From Candidatus Chisholmbacteria bacterium (GTDB lineage Bacteria > Patescibacteriota > Microgenomatia > UBA1400 > Chisholmbacteraceae): 64,000 nucleotides of DNA. Positions 1-10,038 of the stretch are shown piece by piece. The notes below the pieces were generated by a model that saw only the letters and a program-made list of their open reading frames with translations, was not told the origin of the DNA and did no database searches. The DNA is taken from assembly GCA_963704905.1 (NCBI GenBank), contig CAVPHZ010000001.1, positions 131,438 to 195,437 on the forward strand, written 5' to 3'. The translations under genes and the position numbers were made by a program. Position 1 is the stretch's first letter, and each line of letters opens with the position of its first letter.

Positions 1-460
1 CAAATGCACCTCCAAAAGCAGCGATGATTGGTACAATAATCAATAGTCTTAAGACTCCGGTTAAGACAAGTGGAACTCCAATAATTAGGCCAAAGATCAA
101 CACCATGAGAAACTGGATAAACGCAACCATGGTTTCACCAAGAATTTTTCCGGCAATTATTGAATACCTAGATATTGGGGAAATAAAAAGCTCTTGAGCA
201 AAGTCATTTTGTCTATCTTCAACAAGAGAAATAATACCTGCTGCAGTTGACTGGAACATCGTTTGCGCAAGCACTCCTGTGAATACAAATGTAAGGAAGT
301 TATAGTCAAGTCCTCCTTGAAGATTCGCTTGAAGACTAGTTCCTAGAACTGCGATAAATATTACTGGAAACACAAAGCTGGCTGCAATTCGAGTTTTATC
401 ACGAAAAAGCTTGGTTATATCACGAAATGCGATGGTGATGATGGCGTTCAAATTATTCAT
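1..460 (-). CDS. ABC-2 type transporter permease (C-terminal part cut by window edge)
   Basis: Minus-strand ATG at 460..458 overlaps the TGA stop of the upstream ATPase (ATGA overlap). Translation MNNLNAIITIAFRDITKLFRDKTRIAASFVFPVIFIAVLG... is multi-TM. Confidence 0.6.
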   Translation of the reverse strand, partial: MNNLNAIITIAFRDITKLFRDKTRIAASFVFPVIFIAVLGTSLQANLQGGLDYNFLTFVFTGVLAQTMFQSTAAGIISLVEDRQNDFAQELFISPISRYSIIAGKILGETMVAFIQFLMVLIFGLIIGVPLVLTGVLRLLIIVPIIAAFGGAF

Positions 461-1446
461 TCTTGCTGATTGCCAATGATATTAACGTACGCCTCTTCGA
501 GTGTTGGATTTTTTATTCTTAGTGTAGAGAGTGGTGTGGATATTTTTTGAATAATTTGTTGTGCTGATTGACCATCAAGGCAAATTTTGTACGGGCCGTT
601 TCCACTAAAACTTATCTTTTTATGTGTCATCTCTTTCTTCAATTTTGCTGAGTTTTTGCTGTCTACCTCTATGCAATTCTCTATGAGTGCTTCTTTAATT
701 TCCTGAGGTGTACCTTTGGCAACAATTTTTCCGTAATTGATAATGCAGAGGTAATCAGCTGATTCTGCTTCTTCAAGATAATGTGTTGTCAAAAACATCG
801 TAGTTTTTTCTTCTGTTCTCACCTTTTGAAGATACTCCCAAAGATTTGCACGACTAATTGGATCCAGGCCAGTGGTTGGCTCATCGAGAAATAGAATTTT
901 TGGATTGTGCATGAGACTTCTAATAATTTCTAATTTTCTCTTCATGCCACCTGAAAGTGATTTCACGGGTTTAAATATGTCGTTTTTAATACCCAAGATT
1001 TTGGAAAGGTTCATTACTTTGGATTGATATTCTTCTGGCATGAGCTTAAAGCTAGGACGATAAGAGTAGAGGTTGTAGAGATTTGCGTGAAATCTAACAT
1101 TTTCTTCTGCAGTGAGATTGACGTCTAAACTTGGATTTTGAAAGATGACACCGATGCGTCTGCGAACCTTCTCCGATTGGCTGTCAACATCTAAACCATC
1201 AAGTGTTAGTTTTCCTGAAGATTTTGAACGTATCGTTGTTAGAATGGATATGGTGGTTGTTTTTCCAGCTCCATTAGGACCGAGGAGAGCAAAAAATGAC
1301 CCTTCCTCGACATAAAAAGAAATTCCATCAACCGCATTTTTTTCTGCTTTCTTGTATCGTTTGACGAGATTTTTTACTTCGATAATATGATGATTGTTCT
1401 TTTTTTCCCTGGCCATACCGAGCAATACTACAGCACTAGTAACCAA
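457..1446 (-). CDS. ABC transporter ATP-binding protein
   Basis: Walker A GPNGAGKTT, ABC signature LSGGMKRKL, Walker B LFLDEPTTGLD. Confidence 0.9.
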   Translation of the reverse strand: MVTSAVVLLGMAREKKNNHHIIEVKNLVKRYKKAEKNAVDGISFYVEEGSFFALLGPNGAGKTTTISILTTIRSKSSGKLTLDGLDVDSQSEKVRRRIGVIFQNPSLDVNLTAEENVRFHANLYNLYSYRPSFKLMPEEYQSKVMNLSKILGIKNDIFKPVKSLSGGMKRKLEIIRSLMHNPKILFLDEPTTGLDPISRANLWEYLQKVRTEEKTTMFLTTHYLEEAESADYLCIINYGKIVAKGTPQEIKEALIENCIEVDSKNSAKLKKEMTHKKISFSGNGPYKICLDGQSAQQIIQKISTPLSTLRIKNPTLEEAYVNIIGNQQE

Positions 1447-1533
1447 TAGACAAGCAACCTAATCGAGTGACTGAAAGGCTTAAATGTGATTGTGGCTATT
1501 CCTGTTTTGCGAGTCGAAGAAGTTAAAATAGCC

Positions 1534-1947
1534 TTAACGGGTGAGAGTTAAAGGAATTTGTATCTCTGCATCTGATGCTGATGCAGTTAATCTTCCAGTT
1601 GACTCGACAGCTAATACATAGTTGGTCGTTGCGGCGTCTCCCGTCTGAGGATCGTATGGGATTGTTGGAATGTAGGTAGGTGCAAGATCGTTCGCAAGAT
1701 TTAGTCCACTGGTTCCAATATCTTGCCAATTATCGGTTTGAATCTGTGTTGGAAAAAGACCGCTTTGATCTACGGCGTATTGATGTACTGCATTGAGCAG
1801 TTGATATAGGTCGTTTCTTCTGGCTGTATCACGTGAGATGGCAAACTGTCGTGCTGGGTTTATTGCGACCAGTACGACGGTTACCAATATGGTAATGATT
1901 CCAATAACAACTAATAGTTCAATGAGTGTAAAGCCTTTTGATCTCAT
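1534..1947 (-). CDS. Type IV pilin (prepilin with N-terminal methylation motif)
   Basis: MRSKGFTLIELLVVIGII... has the G|FTLIELL prepilin peptidase site plus a hydrophobic helix. Strong SD upstream. Confidence 0.8.
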   Translation of the reverse strand: MRSKGFTLIELLVVIGIITILVTVVLVAINPARQFAISRDTARRNDLYQLLNAVHQYAVDQSGLFPTQIQTDNWQDIGTSGLNLANDLAPTYIPTIPYDPQTGDAATTNYVLAVESTGRLTASASDAEIQIPLTLTR

Positions 1948-2021
1948 GTGTGTTAGAAGTTGGGCAGCTCCATCAGCTTTGAAAAAACCAACTAAGCTGC
2001 CTAGACTTCTTTTTATCGATT

Positions 2022-2441
2022 TTATCTAGTTAATGTTAGCGGCACTGTGATTTCTGAGGCAGTCGCCGTAGCAGTTAACCTTCCATTTACCTCTTGTGCC
2101 AGCACATATACGGATGTTGCTGAATCCCCGGTAAGTGGATCGTATGGGATCGTGGGAATATAGGTTGGTACCAAATCCGCAGCCAAATTCAAACCGCTTG
2201 TACCGATGTCATTAAATGATGTGTTGATTTGAGTTGGGAAATTACCGTTATTATCAACCGAATACTGATAAATTGCATTCAGAACCTGATAAAGATCGTT
2301 TCTCCTGGCCGTATCACGTGAGATGGCGAACTGTCGTGCCGGGTTCACTGCAACAAGTACGATTGCCGCTAGAATCGCAATGATTCCGATAACAACCAAT
2401 AATTCGATGAGCGTGAATCCCTGCTGTTTAAGTTTTCGCAT
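2022..2441 (-). CDS. Type IV pilin, tandem paralog of the 1534-1947 gene
   Basis: MRKLKQQGFTLIELLVVIGII... is highly similar at the nucleotide level to the neighbouring pilin. GGGAGGTGA SD upstream. Confidence 0.8.
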   Translation of the reverse strand: MRKLKQQGFTLIELLVVIGIIAILAAIVLVAVNPARQFAISRDTARRNDLYQVLNAIYQYSVDNNGNFPTQINTSFNDIGTSGLNLAADLVPTYIPTIPYDPLTGDSATSVYVLAQEVNGRLTATATASEITVPLTLTR

Positions 2442-2480
2442 ATTCTTCGCTCACCTCCCTTCAGCCAAATTGGCAGATTG

Positions 2481-3038
2481 TTATTTGCCAAGTACAATGA
2501 GTAAGTCAAATTGTTGATCTCTGTTCGATTCTTGACTCTCTGCTACCGACCAGCCTTCATCTCTTAACAGCTGCTCGATGTTTTGCGCTTCTTCTGCTTT
2601 TCCTGGTTTAAATAGAACCAATGTTTGTCCTTCTAATGAAGGGGCAGTGGAGATAGCGCTGATTTGATAACCTTGCTGAGCCAACACTGCTGCGAACTCG
2701 GATGCTGCTCCGTTTACTCCGCTAGCATTTTGGATTGCAACACTCGATTGCTGCTCAATCCCTGAGTTTGTTGACTCAATTTCAACTGTAGCAGAGGGAG
2801 AAATACTTGTCAATTCGCTGCTTGAGAAGGATTCAAGTGTTTCTATTGCCTCTTGAATAAGTTTTTTATTTAATCTTGGATTTGCTTCAGATACGATCTG
2901 TTCATCGATGCCCTTTGCGTTAACAATATTGTCGACGATAACCCGTACGTTTGCGACTATTACAACAGTTAGCAGAAGCAATACTGCACTTTTGGCAAGA
3001 ACTGACTGGTTGATCTTAGTTAAAGGGTTGTCTGACAT
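2481..3038 (-). CDS. Hypothetical protein in pilus operon (possible PilP-like assembly component)
   Basis: Single N-terminal TM segment. Position between the pilins and the PilO-like gene, overlapping the upstream stop. Confidence 0.35.
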   Translation of the reverse strand: MSDNPLTKINQSVLAKSAVLLLLTVVIVANVRVIVDNIVNAKGIDEQIVSEANPRLNKKLIQEAIETLESFSSSELTSISPSATVEIESTNSGIEQQSSVAIQNASGVNGAASEFAAVLAQQGYQISAISTAPSLEGQTLVLFKPGKAEEAQNIEQLLRDEGWSVAESQESNRDQQFDLLIVLGK

Positions 3039-3591
3039 ATATCCTCAAGGATAATCTAATGGTAATTTTCCCTCCTAAATCATCAGGACTTTCAATTAAT
3101 GTCTGTCGTATCGTAAATACATACGGTGTTTGTTCTAAACGATCAAGTGCTGCGGTTGTTTGTTGCAATGAACCTTCCAGAACCAATGTAACTGGCAAGA
3201 ATGCATACCCTTTCTCATCCTGCCTTGGCTCCTCGGATTCAAATGTGAAGCTTTGTACTTTTGCGGTAGTTCCAAGGCTTTCAAAAAGCTCAATGATTGA
3301 TAAGAGTGAGGATTTGGTTGGGAGGGCTAAATCAAGAATACGTTTTTCTTGATCAGTTGCTTTGAGATCTGAAATTACTTTATTTGCACTCTGGTTTTGA
3401 AGTTGCAAGGCAAGCATTTCACTTCTTGACTGCACGACTGCATTAGATTTGTTTGGAAGAAATGTTAAGAACACTACGTTAATAAGAAATAACGATATGA
3501 TTACACCAATAATGATTAGCATTCTATACTTTCGAATAGTGCTTGAGAGTGGTTTCGTGTCTTTGGTTTCTAGTTTTTTTGTTTCGGTCAT
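3016..3591 (-). CDS. PilO-like type IV pilus assembly protein
   Basis: N-terminal TM followed by a coiled-coil and periplasmic domain. Location directly downstream of the PilM/PilN fusion. Confidence 0.45.
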   Translation of the reverse strand: MTETKKLETKDTKPLSSTIRKYRMLIIIGVIISLFLINVVFLTFLPNKSNAVVQSRSEMLALQLQNQSANKVISDLKATDQEKRILDLALPTKSSLLSIIELFESLGTTAKVQSFTFESEEPRQDEKGYAFLPVTLVLEGSLQQTTAALDRLEQTPYVFTIRQTLIESPDDLGGKITIRLSLRIYVRQPFN

Positions 3592-3592
3592 T

Positions 3593-5029
3593 CTATTTTA
3601 AACTTGCTGTAAGTACGAAATCGATGTTCTCCGCCTGTTGCAAACTTGATAGCGGTAAAATAGCTTGTTCAACCTTTTCTAAAGTTTCAATATCGTCTCG
3701 GAATTTTAGTAGATCGCCCCTCTTTTGCGCTCGCCCAACGATACGTAATTTTCCATTTATCTCATCAATCCTTATGCTAATTACCTTAATTTCAGAAGGA
3801 ACCTTGGGAATAATGTCTGTAAGCCTTTGTTGAGGAAATATTCTTTTCTGACTAACGTCAATAATTGTTTTTGCTGCCCTATTGATACTATTTGTTTGCT
3901 TTACCGCCTCCCCTGTTTCAAGCGGTGGTGGAGGAATCGACGTTTGTTGACTCAAAAGAGAAGCTTGGAGTGAATGAAAATATAGAAATGTAGCAATCGA
4001 AGCTGCTGCTGAAAGTGCTACAATGATGATTGTAATGGTTAACCAGAAATTACTCGTTTTCTTTTTTTGCGTTTGATCGAACTTATCTTGGATATTTGGT
4101 GGAAGAAGGTTGATCGTTTCCTCATCGTCCGGAGATGCAATTTCTTTCATCGCTAATGAAGAGACAACAGCAAAGTTAAGTAATTGGTTCTGAGGAAGAT
4201 TTTTTACCTTTATTGGGCATGGTTTAACTTCCCGTTTTGTTTCATTTGCTATTTCCGTAAGTAACGCTTGAGTTAATCCTTCTCCGCTGATAAAAATAGT
4301 TTTAACTTTTTCTATTGAGTCCTGTTTTCCCTCATAGAAGGTCAGCATTTTGTTGATCGTTTGAATGAGATTTTTTGTCTCTTTGCTCTGATCTTGACTG
4401 GTAATTGCCACAATTGAGCTTGCCTGAATTGCTTTACCCTTTGCTAAAGTGAGCACAGCATGTCGTTGTCTTATATCAACAATTAGCGCTCGAATGTTTT
4501 GATCTTCCACTAACCGCACGAGAGACAATGAGGTTGTTTCATACGCAATTGGAATGAGTCCAGCTAGCGTTAGTGCGTTGGTGTATCCATCAATAATATC
4601 TTTTGGAACTGCGATTAAGAGAATGTTGAGGTCATCTTTTTCAGGATCTTCAATGAGCTTCCAGTCCATATACACTTGGTCAATAGCCACTGGAAGGTAT
4701 GTCTCGGCTTCCCAACTTACAGCTTCTGTTAATTCCGTTGCTTTTAATTTTGGCAAACGAAGTACTTTTGTATAGCTCTTATTTTCTGGGATCCCAACAA
4801 CAACGAATCTGTCAGTGAGTTTTGCTGATTGAAACAGCGAAATAATCGCTTGAGCAAGTTGTTCTTGATTTACAACCTCTCCAGAATTAACTAATCCGGT
4901 GTTTAGTTTTGCTTCAGCTAAACTGGTTACCGCTAATTTCTTTTTATCGATGCGCAACAGTTGAATTTTTTCTTCGGAGATTAGTAGACTTGTGTAGGTT
5001 CTTTTCTTTGGATTCATATGGCAGACCAA
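3593..5029 (-). CDS. pilM: PilM-PilN fusion (actin-like ATPase PilM fused to a TM and PilN-like domain)
   Basis: 478 aa. Cytoplasmic actin-like N-terminal half, an internal TM (FWLTITIIIVALSAAASIATFLYF), then a PilN-like C-terminus. Operon context. Confidence 0.6.
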   Translation of the reverse strand: MVCHMNPKKRTYTSLLISEEKIQLLRIDKKKLAVTSLAEAKLNTGLVNSGEVVNQEQLAQAIISLFQSAKLTDRFVVVGIPENKSYTKVLRLPKLKATELTEAVSWEAETYLPVAIDQVYMDWKLIEDPEKDDLNILLIAVPKDIIDGYTNALTLAGLIPIAYETTSLSLVRLVEDQNIRALIVDIRQRHAVLTLAKGKAIQASSIVAITSQDQSKETKNLIQTINKMLTFYEGKQDSIEKVKTIFISGEGLTQALLTEIANETKREVKPCPIKVKNLPQNQLLNFAVVSSLAMKEIASPDDEETINLLPPNIQDKFDQTQKKKTSNFWLTITIIIVALSAAASIATFLYFHSLQASLLSQQTSIPPPPLETGEAVKQTNSINRAAKTIIDVSQKRIFPQQRLTDIIPKVPSEIKVISIRIDEINGKLRIVGRAQKRGDLLKFRDDIETLEKVEQAILPLSSLQQAENIDFVLTASLK

Positions 5030-5185
5030 GTGTCACTTGGTGGGCACCCGCCTAATGTACACGTGCACGTTTTTTTGCATGCATACATTTTCCTGACGGG
5101 CAGGTTTACTATTATTATAGCTTGCCGTTCTTGAGAATGTAAACTGGAATTCTCCTGAAGCTTATGTTTCTTCGACTATTTTCTA

Positions 5186-6401
5186 TTACGGTGAAACTTG
5201 GAGATTTCCAATAACACTGTAAATCGGTGCAATAATGGATATGACCATTGCACCCACTGCAACACCAATAACCAGCATCAGTACGGGTTCTATCACAGCT
5301 GTGAGTCCTTTAAGCGTGTGTTCAACTTCTTGCTCATAAAAATCTGCCAATTCAGTCAGAACAATTTCAAGGCTTCCACTTTTTTCTCCGGCGCGAATAG
5401 ATTGGATCATCAGGGCTGGAAAACTTTTTTTACCACGTTCGAGCGATTCGGAGAGTGATTTTCCTTTTTGTATGTCTTCCTCGAAAATTTTTCCCATTTG
5501 AGTGAATTTTTTCTGGGTTAGTAGTTGCACTGATACTTTTATCGATTCTAGAATTGGTACACCACTTTTCAGTAAGGTTGAGAGCGTTCTGCTGAATCGA
5601 GCCAGATCAAGCTGATCAAAGAGTCGTGCAAAGATTGGAATCTTGCCTAAGGCTTGCAAAATCAGCGCTCGAGTTTTCGAAAGCCTTAATAAGAAAAATA
5701 AACCGATGCCTAGAAAAATCATTGTTAGAATTACCAGAAATGAATGATCGCCAAGAAAGGTACTTGTGCTAAGAAGCGCCCGTGTAACAACTGGGAGCTT
5801 GATGTTGAGGCGTAAGAATACCTTACTAATGCGGGGGAGTACGAATGTGATCATCATTACCCCAACCCCTATCATCGCTGTGATGATTACAGCAGGATAC
5901 ATCATCGCTCCCTTCACTTTTTGATTTAGCTCATAGCTGTTCATTAATTGCTGAGCTAGGTAATCAAATGACTGCTCAAGTGTTCCTGATTCTTCACCAG
6001 CTTGTGTGAGTGTTAAAAATACTTCATCAAATACTTCCGGATAGCGCGCGAGTACAGAAGAAATCTTTTTCCCGCGTTGAATACTGTATTGTAAGTCTAC
6101 AAGAATTCGATGCATTTTTTTGTTTGGAGATTCTCGGGATATGATTTCAACTGCTTCGGCCAAGCGGAAGTCCAGCCTTCATCATCGTTGCTAAGTATCG
6201 GCAGAGAATTGCTTTTTCCAGAACTGGAATACGTCTCATCTTTTCGAGTGGAGATTGGGCACGTTTAGATTCTTTGATGGTGAGTACCTGCATTCCCTGG
6301 TCGTGAAGAATACTTCCTGCCTCTTTCCTAGAAGCAGCTTCGACTGTCTCCTGGTGAATCCGACCTTGTTTGTCTCTGGCTTTAAATTCAAATACTGCCA
6401 T
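5186..6401 (-). CDS. pilC: PilC/GspF-family inner membrane platform protein, split across two frames by an apparent frameshift near 6147-6163
   Basis: N-terminal 84 aa (MAVFEFKARDKQGR...MMKAGLPLGRSS*) and C-terminal 325 aa (..EIISRESPNKKMHRILVDLQYSIQRGKKISSVLARYPEVF...) sum to normal PilC length. Both match GspF repeat motifs. Confidence 0.75.
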
Positions 6402-6403
6402 TA

Positions 6404-8083
6404 TTACTCTCTGGTTACTCGAATAATTTCTTCTACTGTTGTCATACCTGCTTGGACTTTATTAAGTCCATCTTGCATCATATTGATCATTCCGGCTTTC
6501 TCTGCAATTTTACGAATATCTTCCACAGCTGAGCGTTTGGTTGTCAGTTCGCGGATTTGATCGTCCATCTCAAGAATCTCGAATGTTCCAATTCTTCCTC
6601 TATAACCTGAGCCTCCACATTCATCACAGCCTTTTCCTTTGAATACTTTTATTTTCTTTGCATCTACACCAAACTCAGATGAGAGCATTTCTTCCTCAGC
6701 TTCACTGGCTTTATGTTCTGCGACACATGCCTGGCAAATTCGCCGAACTAACCGCTGAGCTATAACCATGATCAATGTTGAAGAGATCAAATATCCTTGA
6801 ATATTCATATCTAGAAGTCTTGGTATTGCTCCTGGAGCATCGTTTGTGTGAAGCGTTGAAAGCACTAAGTGACCTGTGAGTGCGGCATGTATAGCAATAT
6901 CGGCAGTTTCCTCATCGCGAATTTCTCCAACCATGATAATGTCTGGATCATGACGCAGAATTGAGCGCAGACCATTTGCAAAGGTCAAACCAGCTTTAGG
7001 GTTTATCTGTGTCTGATTAACTCGACGTATTCCATACTCAACAGGATCTTCGACGGTCACGATTTTCACCGAGGTCGTATTTAAGATTGTCATTACGCTA
7101 TATAAGGTCGTGGTTTTCCCGGATCCGGTTGGACCAGTGACTAAAATCATCCCGTGTGGTTGCTTGATGTTATTTTGAACAATCTCCAAACTGTTTTTGT
7201 AAAACCAAGTTCTTCGAGACTCAAAGGTCTTGCTGTCTCTGGGTAATAAACGCATGACGATATTTTCACCAAAATAAGCTGGAAGGATTGAAACGCGCAA
7301 AGCGACAATTTCCTCCTCTGATTCAAACTTGAATCTTCCGTCCTGAGGAATTCTATGTTCGTCGAGTTTAAGCGAAGATAGAATCTTGATTCTCGCTACA
7401 ATAGCTGCTTGAACAGCTTTTGGAAGACTACTTATGTCTTTTAATATTCCGTCGATGCGAAATCGAACAAGTACTGAATCTTGTGTCGTCTCGATATGAA
7501 TATCAGATGCTCGAACTGCAATAGCATATTCTAGAATTGTGTCCAAAATTTTGATTACCGGAAGTTCTTCAGCAGCTTTAACGACATCTTTTCCAAGTTT
7601 GGCTGCTTTTTTAATGTTCTCTTCAATAATTTTATTGAATTCAATTTTGATATCTCGTTTATATTGGCCAAATACTTTACTGAGATCTGCACTGCTAATA
7701 TAAAAAGGAATAATCTTTAAGCCTGTTTTTCTCTTCGTGAATTCAATTGCTTCAAAATTGGTTGGATCCTCCATTGCAATATGAAGCTCATCATCTACTC
7801 GTTCAAACGGAACCATCTTGTACGAATGGGCTACTTTCTCAGGAATGAGGTCAAGAATCTCAGCTGGAATGAGCTTGCTACGAATTGAAGCATATTGAAC
7901 CCCAAGATGTTTCGCAATGAGTTTTCCGAGTAATTCCTCGGTGATGTGACCTTTGAAAATGAGAACGTCGATAATGTCTTTATCGAAGTCTTTTGCCTCT
8001 TTTGCAGCAGCATCAAAATCTGCACCTGATATGTAGTTTGATTCTAGAAGTATTTTTTTTAGTTCGTCTGGAGTAAGGTTCAT
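6404..8083 (-). CDS. pilB: Type IV pilus assembly ATPase PilB (GspE family)
   Basis: Walker A GPTGSGKTT and tetracysteine motif CQACV...GCDECGGSGYRGR. 559 aa. Confidence 0.9.
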   Translation of the reverse strand: MNLTPDELKKILLESNYISGADFDAAAKEAKDFDKDIIDVLIFKGHITEELLGKLIAKHLGVQYASIRSKLIPAEILDLIPEKVAHSYKMVPFERVDDELHIAMEDPTNFEAIEFTKRKTGLKIIPFYISSADLSKVFGQYKRDIKIEFNKIIEENIKKAAKLGKDVVKAAEELPVIKILDTILEYAIAVRASDIHIETTQDSVLVRFRIDGILKDISSLPKAVQAAIVARIKILSSLKLDEHRIPQDGRFKFESEEEIVALRVSILPAYFGENIVMRLLPRDSKTFESRRTWFYKNSLEIVQNNIKQPHGMILVTGPTGSGKTTTLYSVMTILNTTSVKIVTVEDPVEYGIRRVNQTQINPKAGLTFANGLRSILRHDPDIIMVGEIRDEETADIAIHAALTGHLVLSTLHTNDAPGAIPRLLDMNIQGYLISSTLIMVIAQRLVRRICQACVAEHKASEAEEEMLSSEFGVDAKKIKVFKGKGCDECGGSGYRGRIGTFEILEMDDQIRELTTKRSAVEDIRKIAEKAGMINMMQDGLNKVQAGMTTVEEIIRVTRE

Positions 8084-8157
8084 CTGGGCAGGTTTTTCTC
8101 ACTACAACATTATCTGGTGAGTATCAACCAGCATAAGTATATCATTGCAAGAGAGAA

Positions 8158-8904
8158 TTATGATAATAGGGTAAAGAATGCAAGGATTAGGGTATATATT
8201 GCAAACCAGTGAAGTTTGGAGGCCTTGATAACCTTCAAAAGCACTTGGAGAGCAATAAAACCTGTAATTGCAGCACTGAGAAAACCAAGTATATATGCCT
8301 CAGGCTGAATTCCTTGAAGATTTATTGGCTTGGAGAGTTGAAGAAGTTGAGCTCCAACAATCGCTGGTATAGAGAGAAGAAATGAATAGGTAACAGCCGA
8401 TTTTCTTGACAATCCTACCCACAAGCCAGTGATAATGGTTGTTCCTGATCGTGAAATTCCAGGAATCACCGCTATCCCTTGGGCGATTCCAATAAGAATT
8501 GCTGCTTTTGCAGAGAGATCTGTGTCGCTGTTATCTTTTTTTTCTTTTATCCAATACGTAGAAGTAAGAAAAATTGTCGTGACAATCAGTGCAATTCCGA
8601 CAAGTCTTTGCGAGTTAAACAAGTCTTCTCCAACGGAATTTAAGGCAAGTCCTATTACACCTGTCGGTATCAATCCGACGAGCACTAATATAAACGATTT
8701 TTTATTTAGCTCAAGGATTTGCCTTTTAAAAACCCATACGATAGCGAGCAATGTCGCAACATGCAGTAGCACATCAAAAGCTATGGGTGGATGAGAGAAT
8801 CCAAAACGCTTTTGGAGTAAAACAAGATGACCAGAGCTTGATACTGGCAAAAATTCAGTCAGGCCTTGAACAAGACCTAACATTAGCGCTTGAAGGGATG
8901 TCAT
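8158..8904 (-). CDS. uppP: Undecaprenyl-diphosphatase
   Basis: Multi-TM UppP/BacA protein with TEFLPVSSSGHLVL... and ISRSGTTI motifs. Confidence 0.85.
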   Translation of the reverse strand: MTSLQALMLGLVQGLTEFLPVSSSGHLVLLQKRFGFSHPPIAFDVLLHVATLLAIVWVFKRQILELNKKSFILVLVGLIPTGVIGLALNSVGEDLFNSQRLVGIALIVTTIFLTSTYWIKEKKDNSDTDLSAKAAILIGIAQGIAVIPGISRSGTTIITGLWVGLSRKSAVTYSFLLSIPAIVGAQLLQLSKPINLQGIQPEAYILGFLSAAITGFIALQVLLKVIKASKLHWFAIYTLILAFFTLLS

Positions 8905-8907
8905 TGC

Positions 8908-9618
8908 TTAACTTATCTCCGCACGAAACTTTTCGTACCACTCAGTCAGCATTTTTGAAACCAAATCTTTTGCTCCCAATCCTATTGCTAAACCGAAACC
9001 AATTGCTAACGCAGCGATAATCCCAGTAAAGATTGTATTAATTAACGTCTGTGCAATTCCTAGCTCAGAAATAGCTGCTAAGGCTGAGAATACAACAAGC
9101 GTATAGCTTGCTATCTTTCCAAAAAGTCTTCCTGATTTAACATCAACGCTTCCAACTGCTCCTTTGACTAATCGCTCAACAACACCTGCAATGAGTACTC
9201 CGATTGTCAAAATAAGAGCTGCGGAAATGACATTCGGGATATAACTTAGAATACTCTCAAGTACTAAGGAAACTGCTGTTAGTCCTAAGATATTCATCGC
9301 AGCAATGAAAAAGACCAGGATGATGAGCCACTTAACTGCTACTCCTATGGCTTCTTCGATTTTATGCGTGATATCTGCTTTCTTGAGAAATTTTTCTACT
9401 CCAGTCCCTTTTAGTAAACTTGATAAACGTAGTGTTTCGAGAAGTTTTATTATCAGCGTTTTTGACCATCCAGCAACGATCCAACCGATGGCAAATACTG
9501 CAATAGCTCCGATTAAGCTGGGTACAAAATCAAATAACCTTGTTGTTACTTCTCCCCATGCTTGAACTAGTGCGTTACTATAGTTTGATCCACTATTTAG
9601 TGGCATATGGGTGTTCAC
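8908..9618 (-). CDS. Multi-pass membrane protein (MscS-like N-terminal TM-helix repeat family)
   Basis: 236 aa with repeated hydrophobic helices separated by charged loops. No catalytic motifs. Confidence 0.4.
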   Translation of the reverse strand: MNTHMPLNSGSNYSNALVQAWGEVTTRLFDFVPSLIGAIAVFAIGWIVAGWSKTLIIKLLETLRLSSLLKGTGVEKFLKKADITHKIEEAIGVAVKWLIILVFFIAAMNILGLTAVSLVLESILSYIPNVISAALILTIGVLIAGVVERLVKGAVGSVDVKSGRLFGKIASYTLVVFSALAAISELGIAQTLINTIFTGIIAALAIGFGLAIGLGAKDLVSKMLTEWYEKFRAEIS

Positions 9619-9685
9619 CCCCTTTCGTCGTCTTGCTTTATGTTTCTATAGCATTATGGGTTGTGATGAGTTTAAAGTCAATCAG

Positions 9686-9714
9686 TTGATTTCAGACCTT
9701 AAATTTGGTATATT
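9686..9714 (+). promoter_or_regulatory. Putative sigma70 promoter of rnpB (TTGATT, 17 nt spacer, TATATT)
   Basis: -35 and -10 hexamers with 17 nt spacing, about 7 nt upstream of the predicted RNase P RNA 5' end. Confidence 0.45.
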
Positions 9715-9720
9715 TTCGGG

Positions 9721-10038
9721 TACCAAGGATAGGCAGATGGTAGGCTAAACTACATGTTTCCATGTGGAATAGTCAGGAAAGTCCAGACAGCTGAAAGCAG
9801 AGTGTTTTGCGAAAGCGAAAGCGGGTAACCGCCAGTTAGAGCAACAGAGACGAGTCCTCCGGCTTTTGTCGGAGGGGTGAAACGGGCAATCCTCCTCGCT
9901 GCAACCTCCGATTGTTCCGCCATTAGGTGCTTTCCCAATACAATTTCTATTGGAGCGGAGCGAAGTTGAGGGCAAAGATAGATGCCATCATTTCGAGATT
10001 TTCTCGAATACAGAATCTGGCTTACAATATCCTTGGTT
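9721..10038 (+). ncRNA. rnpB: RNase P RNA, bacterial type A
   Basis: GGAAAGTCCAGACAGC (P4), GGTAACCGCC, GCAACAGAGACGAG, GGGTGAAACGGG and 3' ACAGAATCTGGCTTA match M1 RNA conserved blocks. The 5' CCAAGGATA pairs with the 3' TATCCTTGG (P1). Confidence 0.75.

Noticed and set aside
1838-2517. Plus-strand ORFs 1838-2029 and 2323-2517, both beginning MANCRAGF...
   Set aside because: They are antisense shadows of the two duplicated pilin genes. Their similarity to each other simply mirrors the pilin duplication.
5061-5084. ACGTGCACGT-T7 and TGCATGCA palindromes as a terminator
   Set aside because: The palindromes have no loop and lie inside a minus-strand operon in the wrong orientation for termination. 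Mentioned only as a possible operator.
6140-6165. Alternative genetic code (UGA read as Gly, as in some CPR lineages) as an explanation for split genes
   Set aside because: Reading through the TGA codons does not restore the expected protein continuity. Most genes terminate normally at TGA or TAA with downstream genes in phase-appropriate positions.
9745-9975. Minus-strand ORFs of 76 and 62 aa
   Set aside because: They lie inside the RNase P RNA gene. Their openness is due to GC-rich structured RNA.
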